A DNA stretch of 24,000 bases from Pseudomonadota bacterium (GTDB lineage: Bacteria; Pseudomonadota; Gammaproteobacteria; Xanthomonadales; Ahniellaceae), in NCBI GenBank assembly GCA_036723735.1, contig DAIMGT010000003.1, forward strand, positions 72,243 through 96,242, written 5' to 3'. The position numbers and the translations under genes were made by a program. Positions 17,617 to 24,000 of this stretch are shown piece after piece. Every line of letters starts with the position of its first letter. Positions within the stretch are counted from its first letter, which is position 1. The notes under the pieces were generated by a model that saw only the letters and a list, made by a program, of their open reading frames with translations, did no database searches and had not been told where the DNA came from.

Positions 17617-19533
17617 ATGCAGGCTGGCGGGCGCATCGCGCGCCGGTACGCTGGCGGGACGAGGGGGGCTGCGCAGTTGCGCATCGGCACGCGGGCGTCG
17701 GCGTTGGCTGCGCTGCTGCTCGCCTCGATCGCGAGCTCGCCGCTGCGCGCGCAGAGCCAGACCGTGACCGTCGGGCCCGCGCTGGGCTGCACCTCGACGA
17801 CGCTGGCCGGCGCGCTTGCCGGCCTGCCGCGGCTCGGGCCCGGGGTCGTCCATCGGGTGCGGGTGATGAGCGCAAGCCCGATCACCGGCGGGGCGACCCT
17901 CGATCGCATGTCGGTGCGCATCGAGGGCGGCCATACGAGTTGCACATCCGCGGTACCGCAGCCGGGCGTGCTCTCGCGCATCAGCGGCACGGCGGCGGTG
18001 CCGCTGCTGCGCCTGCGCAACGTCACGGAGCCGGGCGCCGAGTACCGGGTCGAACTGCGCCAGCTCGAATTCCGCGACGGCCCGGCCGGCGCGATCGAGG
18101 TGGACGGACGCGTGGCGTTGAGCCTCGACGCGGTGGAACTCACCAACAACCGCGCACCGATCGGCGGTGGCCTGCGCGTGATCGGGCGGCCCGCGGGCTG
18201 GACGAACGGCGCGCTGGTGTCGTTCGGCGATGGCGTGGTGATCAACGCCAACGAGGCGGTCGCCGGCGATGGCGGTGGCATCCACTGCACGGCGGGCGGC
18301 GGGCTGGGGCCCGCGGGCGGCGGCCTGCTGCTGGTGATCAACAACGTCGCCAGCGGTCGCGGCGGCGGGCTGTACCTCGCCGGCTGCGACTTCGGCGCAC
18401 CGCCGATCGGGGCCGCGCCCGGTGTTCGCATCGCCAACAATCGCGCGGCGGGTGGTGGCGGCGCGGCGCTGGTCGACAGCACCGCGCAGGTCGCCGGCGC
18501 GGGTTTCGACATCGAGTCCAACAGCGCCGTCGGTGCCGGCGATGGCGGCGGCCTGCTCCTGCAGCGCGCGGTGCTGCGCGCCACCGCGTCGCTGCGCCTG
18601 GCGGGCAATCGCGCGGGCGGCAGCGGCGGCGGCGCGTGGATCGATTCGGGGCAGCTCGAACTGCAGGCAGCGACCTGGGACGTGCGAGGCAACACGGCGC
18701 TGGTCGGCGGTGGCGGACTGCACGTGCAGGGGGACTCGCTGCTGGAGACCTCGGGCAGCGGCGCCTGCCGCGAGGCCTGCGTGCGGATCGAGGATAACGA
18801 GGTCACCGGCACCGGCATCAACCAGGGCGCGGGAGGCGCGCTGGTCGCGCTCGACAACAGCGTGGTCGCCTGGGACCGGGTACGGGTGCGCGGCAACCGG
18901 TCCGACTCGGCGGCGGTGCTGTTCGCGCGTGGCGCAGCGCCGTTCGGCGTGGCGGTCGAATGGTCCAACGTGCTGGCGTCCGCCAACTCCGGCGCCTACC
19001 AGTTCGGCTTCGAGGGTGCGCCGTTCGTGGTCGGCTCCGGCGGCGTGGCGCTGCGCCTGCGCCTGGCGACCCTCGCCGCCAACGAGGCGCGCGCCGCGGG
19101 ATCCGCGGTGCCGCAGGCATTCCGCTTGTTCGATGGCGCCTCGCTGGCGCTGCGCGGGGTGGTGGTCGACCAGCCGGGCTGGCAGACGCTGGGGACCCCC
19201 GTCGGTGCGCAGGTCGCCCTGTCCGGCGCCTGCGTGATCAGTCGCGAGGCGACCAGCCTGGCCACGCGCGGCGTGCCCGCGCTGGCGGCCGATCCGCGCC
19301 TCGATGCCGCGGTGCGTCTGCGCGCCGACAGTCCCGCGATCGACGCCTGCCCCATCGCCGCGCTGGACGATCCCGCGGCCCTGCTCGGCGCCGCACCGTT
19401 GCAGCAGGATCTCGACGGCGCGCGGCGCCCGGTGCGCGTGCGCGCGGCGGTCGGCGGCAGCGAGTACGACGCGGGCGCGCAGGAGTACGCCGAGCGCGTG
19501 TTCGGGTCGGGCTTCGAGAGCGGTGCGGACTGA
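17617..19533 (+). CDS. Secreted right-handed parallel beta-helix protein with polymorphic-outer-membrane-protein-type GGG repeats (choice-of-anchor-Q-like)
   Basis: Real part of track ORF 17275..19533. Signal peptide RIGTRASALAALLLASIASSPLRAQS. There are at least 8 coil repeats of the form N-x-A-x-x-GGG(I/L): NNRAPIGGGLRV, NEAVAGDGGGIHC, NNVASGRGGGLYL, NNRAAGGGGAALV, SNSAVGAGDGGGLLL, GNRAGGSGGGAWI, GNTALVGGGGLHV, QGAGGALVA. C-terminal DLDGARRPV...EYDAGAQEY resembles the D-x-D-G-x-x-R ... D-x-G-A-x-E ending of this family. Start candidates are ATG 17551, ATG 17617 and TTG 17677. TTG 17677 has GAGGGGGG upstream and gives the most canonical signal peptide. The stop is firm. Confidence 0.78.
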   Translation: MQAGGRIARRYAGGTRGAAQLRIGTRASALAALLLASIASSPLRAQSQTVTVGPALGCTSTTLAGALAGLPRLGPGVVHRVRVMSASPITGGATLDRMSVRIEGGHTSCTSAVPQPGVLSRISGTAAVPLLRLRNVTEPGAEYRVELRQLEFRDGPAGAIEVDGRVALSLDAVELTNNRAPIGGGLRVIGRPAGWTNGALVSFGDGVVINANEAVAGDGGGIHCTAGGGLGPAGGGLLLVINNVASGRGGGLYLAGCDFGAPPIGAAPGVRIANNRAAGGGGAALVDSTAQVAGAGFDIESNSAVGAGDGGGLLLQRAVLRATASLRLAGNRAGGSGGGAWIDSGQLELQAATWDVRGNTALVGGGGLHVQGDSLLETSGSGACREACVRIEDNEVTGTGINQGAGGALVALDNSVVAWDRVRVRGNRSDSAAVLFARGAAPFGVAVEWSNVLASANSGAYQFGFEGAPFVVGSGGVALRLRLATLAANEARAAGSAVPQAFRLFDGASLALRGVVVDQPGWQTLGTPVGAQVALSGACVISREATSLATRGVPALAADPRLDAAVRLRADSPAIDACPIAALDDPAALLGAAPLQQDLDGARRPVRVRAAVGGSEYDAGAQEYAERVFGSGFESGAD

Positions 19534-19549
19534 GGCGAGCGCGCCGCGC

Positions 19550-19792
19550 TCAGCCGCCCGGCCGCGTCGGCAGCACGGCCACCGTGACCTCCTCACGATC
19601 GTGGTAGAGCTGCTTGGCGCGCACCGTCCACGCATCGCCCAGCGAATCGCGCAGCAGCGCGATGCAGCGTTGCGTCTCCAGCCAGCGCTTCTTCATCGGC
19701 AGCTTGAGGATGAACACCGACGCGCAGCTGGTCGTGACCTGAGCGAGCCCGCTCAGACCGACTGCCGCGGCGGCGGACAGGTTGCGAATCAT
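19550..19792 (-). CDS. Hypothetical small protein (80 aa), no family recognised
   Basis: ATG ORF. By my count 70 of the 79 codons after the ATG end in G or C, which is the coding signature of this genome. The sequence is not Arg/Pro-rich junk: MIRNLSAAAAVGLSGLAQV...MKKRWLETQRCIALLRDSLGDAWTVRAKQLYHDREEVTVAVLP. The true start could be the internal MKKRW. Confidence 0.5.
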   Translation of the reverse strand: MIRNLSAAAAVGLSGLAQVTTSCASVFILKLPMKKRWLETQRCIALLRDSLGDAWTVRAKQLYHDREEVTVAVLPTRPGG

Positions 19793-20115
19793 CGGCCCCG
19801 GAAAGGTGGCTGCCTCATCGACCGGTTCCCGCAGTCCGCCCGTTCGGCCTGGAGGCTCAACGGCAGCCCCGACGAGATGACGCCTGGAGGCCTGGAGCCA
19901 TTGCGGAAGGGCGCGCCGGGTCGCCGCCGGCCACCTCCGGGAACCGTGACGCGCCCGACCCGGGCGCGGGACTGCCGCGACCCACCGGTGTGCCCGTCCC
20001 GCAACGGGGCGTGATCAGGAAATCCGCCGGGTTGCGCGTCATGACCACGAGCCGGTGCATCCGGCTGCCGGCGCGGCACGTCCGGCCCGATCCTCTAGCC
20101 ACTGTGGAGCAACGC

Positions 20116-20181
20116 ATGCGTCGTTCATCTCGGATCGTATTGCTCGGGTTCCTGTTTCTGTTGGTGGGTGCTGCATCCGCA
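20116..20181 (+). other. Sec-type signal peptide of the giant protein
   Basis: MRRSSRIVLLGFLFLLVGAASA has a positively charged n-region, a hydrophobic core and an A-S-A cleavage motif. Confidence 0.75.
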
Positions 20182-23100
20182 TGGGTAAGCACCGGATCCG
20201 AAGGCATCGGCGGACCGACCGTCGTGGGCGACGCCCCCCGCGTGATCACGGACGCGCGCAAAGGCGGGGTAACCTTGCCTCCAAGCCCCTGTGACTGCCC
20301 GCCCGATACGATCTGCCTGCCGCAGCCACGAGTGGGCTTCGTCACTCCGGAGAGCGGCGCGACGTTCCAGCGTGGAACACCGGTCGATGTTGAAGTCTTC
20401 GGCTGTGATCTCGGGGGAAATGGCAACGAAACCATTTCGACCTTTGTGGCCTGCCCGGGTTACTCAGCCGGCTACTCTGTCCGCTCGTTCAGATTCACCC
20501 CGGCGGCGGCCGGTACCTGCACGCTCACCGCCTATGGCGACGGCTCGCCGATGTCCGCCGATAAGGCGGCCAAGGTCGCGCCAGCCACGCTGACGATCTC
20601 GATCCTCGACAGCAACGCACCGCCGACGCTGGAGATCTTCAGCCCGGCTCCGCAGACGAACTACATTGCCCCGGCGAACGTCGAGATCGGTGCGCTCGCG
20701 ACCGACCCGAACGGCACCGTGTCGATCGTCGAGTTCAGGGTCACCAACCGGGACACGGGCGCGATCATCTCCACCGGGTCCGATACGACATCGCCGTACA
20801 ACGCGACGGCCAACGGTGTCGGCGTCGGCAACTACCGAATTCTCGCGCGGGCGATCGACAACGAGGGCGCGGCCACGGAGGCCATCCGCGACTTCGGCGT
20901 GTCGCGCGAGAATCGGGCGCCGGTCGTGACTTGGGTGGCGCCGGCCGCCGGCAACATCCTCGTGCCCTCGGTGATCCGCCTGCAGGCGAATGCATCGGAC
21001 CCCGATCCGACGGATGTGGTCACGGTACAGTTCTTCGCCGACGGCCAAGCAATCAGTAGCCAGCTGAACGCGCCGTATCGATTCGACTGGTCGCCGCCAA
21101 TCCCCTCGCAACCGCGCACGTATCAGCTCACGGCGCGCGCCTCGGATGGGCGAAGCACGACGATCTCTGCGCCGGCCGTGTCGATCACGGTCACGGAGAA
21201 CCGGGCGCCGACGGTGGCCTTGGCCGTCGACAACACCTGGCCAGTACTGTCGCCCGGACAGGCCATCCTGAACGCGACCGTGACCGAGCCCGATGGTCAA
21301 GCCATCAGTCGCGTGGAGTTCTACCGCGTGGTAGGCGGCACCGAGCAGCTCATCGGCACGGCCACCGCGCCGGCACAATCGAATCCCCCGCTGCAGCCTA
21401 GCCCGGTTCGCTACAGCGTGACTTGGGCGAATCCACCGGTCGGCCCGCATTCCCTGATCGCCCGCGCGTTCGACAGCGCGCCTACGCCGCGATCGGGAAC
21501 CTCGCCGTCGGTGCCGTTGACCGTCGCGGCGAACCGCAGTCCGTCGGGCATCGCCGTCAAGAGGCCGTTCCCGGGTCAGAATTGCCCGAGCTCGGGCAGC
21601 TTCGAGTACTCGGGCAACATCCGCGTCGGTCCCGCGGCAGGACCGCTCACGGTGGAGGCCAACGTGGCCGATCCGGACGGCGACATCCGACGGGTGGAGT
21701 TCTTCCAGTTCTCGCCGAACATCATCACGCCATCGACCTCCGGCAACGAAGCCCAGCAGTTCGCGGCGATGATCTTCGGCGCTCACGGCGCTACGTCCAC
21801 GAGCCGGATCGCGACGGTTCATGCCTCCGCGCCGGGACAGACGGTCTTCACGACCGACATCAATCTTCCGGCGCTGCGCGTCACGCCGTTCATGACCGGC
21901 ATCTATGCGGTCGGCTACGACAGCGGTGATCAGGTCGTCAACGCAGCGCTCGCGACCACGCCGGACCCGCCGATCGCCTTCATCGGCGGGTGCGCGACGA
22001 ACTGGACTTATTGGCGCTGGGCGCCGATTGCCTACAACCCGTCCAACGTGCCGCCGGGCATGGGCAACCCCTGTGGCTCCGATCCGGCGAATCCGGGCCA
22101 GTGCGCCAGCCGCCCGCATTCGGTGCCCGGTCGCATCGAGGCCGAGCGCTACAACCAAGGTGGTCAGGGCATCGGCTATTTCGAGATCGATCCCTACACG
22201 TTCGAGATCGATCCCTACACGCGCGTCGGTGCGACGACGCCGATCCGCCCGCGCACGGACGACGTGGATCTGCGCAACTGTGAGCGCAGTGATCTTGACC
22301 CGAGCTGCACCGTCGGCCGACTGAGGCCCGGTGAATGGCTGAAGTACACGCTGAACTTCACGCAAGGTGGTCAGTACCGTCTCATCGCCTGCCTGAGCCC
22401 GTCCAACGGCCTCGGCCAGGCCACCCGTTCGCCCGACGGCGAGACGCGCCTGAAGCTCGATGTGGAGACCATCGGCGAGAGTGGGTGGGTCTACTCGTCG
22501 CGTTCTCTCGAGCTGCAGCCGCTTTCCCAGGCAGCGCCCACGGAGCGTGCGCAGATGGAGCGCGCCGCGACGTCATCGCCCTGCGCCGGCAATCCCGAGA
22601 TCCAGTACGGGATCCTGGGTGTGTTTCCAAGCGGATTCCGCGCCGACATGCGGGTCCGATTCAACAACACGGTCGTGGAGGCGAACAACAACCTCGACTG
22701 GTTCCAGCTCGACCTCGCCGGCCCGGAGTCGCTGGCAGTCCGCTTCGAAACCCCCAGCAACGGCGACTCGGTGGCAGTGGGAACCACCGCTCGGCTGCCG
22801 CTGGTGGCGAACGTGACCTCGAACAACGGCAGCACGGCGGGCATTGCGGTCGACTTCCAGGTCCAGCGCCCGGGTTCGTCGGGCTTCGTGACCTTCCAGA
22901 CCGCGGCGAGTGCGCCGTTCGTGGCGGACTTCCCACCGGTCGGCGGGTCCGTGCCTGGCTTCACGGTGCCCGGAAACTACGTGTTCAGGGCGGTCGCGCG
23001 CGCCGGCGTGCTGTCTGCTGAAACGCTGGTCACCGTGACCGCCACGGCGAACCCGGCCAATCAGGCACCGGTGGTGACTCTGGTGCCCCCGGCCAACGGC

Positions 23101-24000
23101 GGCATCGTGAACATCGGCAGCACCACGACGTTCGCCGTCGACGCGCGCGATCCGGATGGCACGGTGACGGAGGTCGAGTTTCTGCGCAATGGCATTTCGT
23201 TCTCGCCGCGCCTGGTGGCGACTCCACAGGGCTTGACCGACCGGTACACGGCGAACTGGACGGCCGGCACGACGCCCGAGACGTTCCGCCTGTCGGCGCG
23301 TGCGCTGGACAACCGCGATCCGCCCGGTGTTGGTGTTGCCGTGACGGGCGCGGACATCATCGTCGCGGTTCCCGGCAGCGTGCTGGCCCAAGAGACGCCC
23401 GACGCGATTCCATCCACCATCGCACCGGAATCGGACGGTGTGGGCGCTACGGCCGGCACGTTCCGGGTCGACGAGACCGGTGCGGCTACCTATACCATCC
23501 CGCTGGCCACTGTGCCCGGGCGTGGTGGCGTCGTACCGGAGCTGGCTGTGTCCTACTCCTCGCAGGGCGGGCTGGGCGTGCTCGGTCGCGGTTGGTCGGT
23601 GTCCGGTGCGTCGGCGATCATGCGTTGCCGGCAGACCCGTGAGAACGGCGATGCGGCTGCGGCGCTGTCGGGCAGCCCGCCGCTGTCGTTCGATCAGCGC
23701 GACCGCTACTGCCTCGATGGGCAGCGTTTGCTGCTGGTGTCCGGCAGCTACGCCGGGCCGACGGCGGAGTTCCGCACCGAGCTCGATCAGTTCGCGCGCA
23801 TCCGCGCCTACGACGTCGACGCGACCAATGGCTTCGACTACTTCGTGGTGCAGCGCAAGGACGGCACCACGGCATGGTACGGCGACCGCATCGCGGTGAA
23901 CGGCCTGCCGTTCCTGCCGTCGGCCACGCAGACCATCCAGCGTCCGGATGCCGCACTTCGACGCAACGCCGGTAACGGCGTGCTGCCGCCCAACAACGCA
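20116..24000 (+). CDS. Giant secreted multidomain protein, 5' partial (at least 1295 aa, runs off window): signal peptide + Ig-like domain array + CBM6-like module + SpvB/TcB-type N-terminal domain; candidate Rhs/YD-repeat or Tc-like polymorphic toxin
   Basis: This ORF is not in the supplied track, presumably because it has no stop in the window. I translated frame 1 codon by codon from ATG 20116 (GGAG at 20106-20109) to 24000 and found no stop. N-terminus MRRSSRIVLLGFLFLLVGAASA|WVS. Domain evidence is listed in the sub-features below. Confidence 0.9.
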   Translation, partial: MRRSSRIVLLGFLFLLVGAASAWVSTGSEGIGGPTVVGDAPRVITDARKGGVTLPPSPCDCPPDTICLPQPRVGFVTPESGATFQRGTPVDVEVFGCDLGGNGNETISTFVACPGYSAGYSVRSFRFTPAAAGTCTLTAYGDGSPMSADKAAKVAPATLTISILDSNAPPTLEIFSPAPQTNYIAPANVEIGALATDPNGTVSIVEFRVTNRDTGAIISTGSDTTSPYNATANGVGVGNYRILARAIDNEGAATEAIRDFGVSRENRAPVVTWVAPAAGNILVPSVIRLQANASDPDPTDVVTVQFFADGQAISSQLNAPYRFDWSPPIPSQPRTYQLTARASDGRSTTISAPAVSITVTENRAPTVALAVDNTWPVLSPGQAILNATVTEPDGQAISRVEFYRVVGGTEQLIGTATAPAQSNPPLQPSPVRYSVTWANPPVGPHSLIARAFDSAPTPRSGTSPSVPLTVAANRSPSGIAVKRPFPGQNCPSSGSFEYSGNIRVGPAAGPLTVEANVADPDGDIRRVEFFQFSPNIITPSTSGNEAQQFAAMIFGAHGATSTSRIATVHASAPGQTVFTTDINLPALRVTPFMTGIYAVGYDSGDQVVNAALATTPDPPIAFIGGCATNWTYWRWAPIAYNPSNVPPGMGNPCGSDPANPGQCASRPHSVPGRIEAERYNQGGQGIGYFEIDPYTFEIDPYTRVGATTPIRPRTDDVDLRNCERSDLDPSCTVGRLRPGEWLKYTLNFTQGGQYRLIACLSPSNGLGQATRSPDGETRLKLDVETIGESGWVYSSRSLELQPLSQAAPTERAQMERAATSSPCAGNPEIQYGILGVFPSGFRADMRVRFNNTVVEANNNLDWFQLDLAGPESLAVRFETPSNGDSVAVGTTARLPLVANVTSNNGSTAGIAVDFQVQRPGSSGFVTFQTAASAPFVADFPPVGGSVPGFTVPGNYVFRAVARAGVLSAETLVTVTATANPANQAPVVTLVPPANGGIVNIGSTTTFAVDARDPDGTVTEVEFLRNGISFSPRLVATPQGLTDRYTANWTAGTTPETFRLSARALDNRDPPGVGVAVTGADIIVAVPGSVLAQETPDAIPSTIAPESDGVGATAGTFRVDETGAATYTIPLATVPGRGGVVPELAVSYSSQGGLGVLGRGWSVSGASAIMRCRQTRENGDAAAALSGSPPLSFDQRDRYCLDGQRLLLVSGSYAGPTAEFRTELDQFARIRAYDVDATNGFDYFVVQRKDGTTAWYGDRIAVNGLPFLPSATQTIQRPDAALRRNAGNGVLPPNNA
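20614..21990 (+). other. Array of four bacterial Ig-like domains (units start about 20614, 20911, 21199, 21532), preceded by a Cys-containing Ig-like N-terminal unit (~20290-20610)
   Basis: Recurrent unit pattern: N-(R/A)-(A/S)-P ... (A/T)-(S/T/x)-D-P-(D/N)-G ... V-(E/Q)-F(F/Y/R) ... Y ... (L/I)-x-A-R-A-x-D ... (I/L)-(T/S)-V. Examples: NAPPTLEIFSP..ATDPNGTVSIVEFRV..YRILARAIDNEG; NRAPVVTWVAP..ASDPDPTDVVTVQFFADG..YQLTARASDG; NRAPTVALAV..VTEPDGQAISRVEFYRV..HSLIARAFDS; NRSPSGIAV..VADPDGDIRRVEFFQF. The fourth unit is long and divergent. Confidence 0.7.
22117..22716 (+). other. CBM6/CBM35-like carbohydrate-binding module inside the giant protein
   Basis: HSVPGRIEAERYNQGGQGIGY matches the I-E-A-E-x-Y opening typical of CBM6-type modules. 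LRPGEWLKYTLNFTQGGQYRLIACLS matches the G-(D/E)-W-l-x-Y-x-v-x-v-x-x-x-G-x-Y-x-l motif. The module ends near NNNLDWFQLDL. It contains an unusually long, partly low-complexity insert. Confidence 0.55.
22180..22221 (+). repeat. Perfect 21-bp tandem duplication, in frame (FEIDPYT FEIDPYT)
   Basis: ttcgagatcgatccctacacg at 22180-22200 is repeated exactly at 22201-22221. 22180 is a codon start in the 20116 frame. Confidence 0.97.
22717..23370 (+). other. Two further Ig-like domains of the giant protein
   Basis: SLAVRFETPSNGDSVAVGTTARLPLVANVTS...YVFRAVARAG...VTVTA, then NQAPVVTLVPPANGGIVNIGSTTTFAVDARDPDGTVTEVEFLRNG...FRLSARALDNRD...IIVAV. This is the same unit pattern as the upstream array. Confidence 0.65.
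23455..24000 (+). other. SpvB / TcB (TcaC-TcdB) N-terminal-type domain, truncated by window end
   Basis: GTFRVDETGAATYTIPLATVPGRGGVVPELAVSYSSQGGLGVLGRGWSVSGASAIMRCRQT. This follows the hallmark G-x-A-x-Y-x-I-P-(I/L)-x-x-P-P/x-G-R-x-G-x-x-P-x-L-x-L-x-Y-(N/S)-S ... G-x-G-W-x-(L/V)-x-G-x-x-x-I-x-R-x-T pattern. That pattern occurs at the start of Tc-toxin B subunits and many Rhs/YD-repeat proteins. It is followed by YCLDGQRLLLV and EFRTELDQFARIRAY. Confidence 0.75.

Noticed and set aside
17320-19635. 771-aa minus-strand ORF and several overlapping 200-470-aa ORFs
   Set aside because: These lie antisense or out of frame to the beta-helix gene, whose GGG-repeat periodicity and signal peptide identify the true frame.
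19789-20079. 96-aa minus-strand ORF in the intergenic region upstream of the giant gene
   Set aside because: It has Arg/Pro/Gly-rich composition, no RBS or motif, and a poor third-position bias by eye. I treat this region as non-coding promoter or leader.
20464-22365. 633-aa minus-strand ORF, the longest ORF listed in the track for this region
   Set aside because: The translation is Arg/Asp/Gly-rich with no recognisable motifs. It lies exactly antisense to a plus-strand frame that has a signal peptide, an RBS and repeated Ig-like/CBM/SpvB motifs. It is a typical high-GC shadow ORF.

Overview
Very GC-rich bacterial chromosomal DNA. Gene content and the GTGGGAGCG-type REP repeats suggest a Xanthomonadales/Lysobacter-like gammaproteobacterium, but that is inference only. 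I support 14 protein-coding genes. I see no tRNA, rRNA, CRISPR array, transposase or integrase. Left to right: a glutaredoxin-like protein; a yceI / cytochrome b561 / yceI operon (minus strand); a large hybrid sensor kinase with a beta-propeller/Y_Y_Y sensor; a YoaA/DinG-type Fe-S helicase; creD; tsaB; a REPIN-like repeat cluster; then a minus-strand run of an NdvB-like GH17-GT2 beta-glucan synthase, a DedA/TVP38 membrane protein and an ExeM/NucH-like extracellular nuclease; a divergent secreted beta-helix protein; and a small orphan ORF. The most interesting object is not in the supplied ORF track. It is a plus-strand reading frame from ATG 20116 that I translated by hand with no stop through base 24000 (at least 1295 codons, running off the window). 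It encodes a Sec signal peptide, an array of bacterial Ig-like domains, a CBM6-like sugar-binding module carrying a perfect 21-bp in-frame tandem duplication, and the start of an SpvB/TcB-type domain of the kind that precedes Rhs/YD-repeat toxin shells. The 633-aa minus-strand ORF listed across it is an antisense shadow. Many other long Arg/Ala/Pro-rich ORFs in the track are likewise high-GC shadows and are rejected. All family assignments come from motifs read by eye and from recollection of those families; no database search was run.
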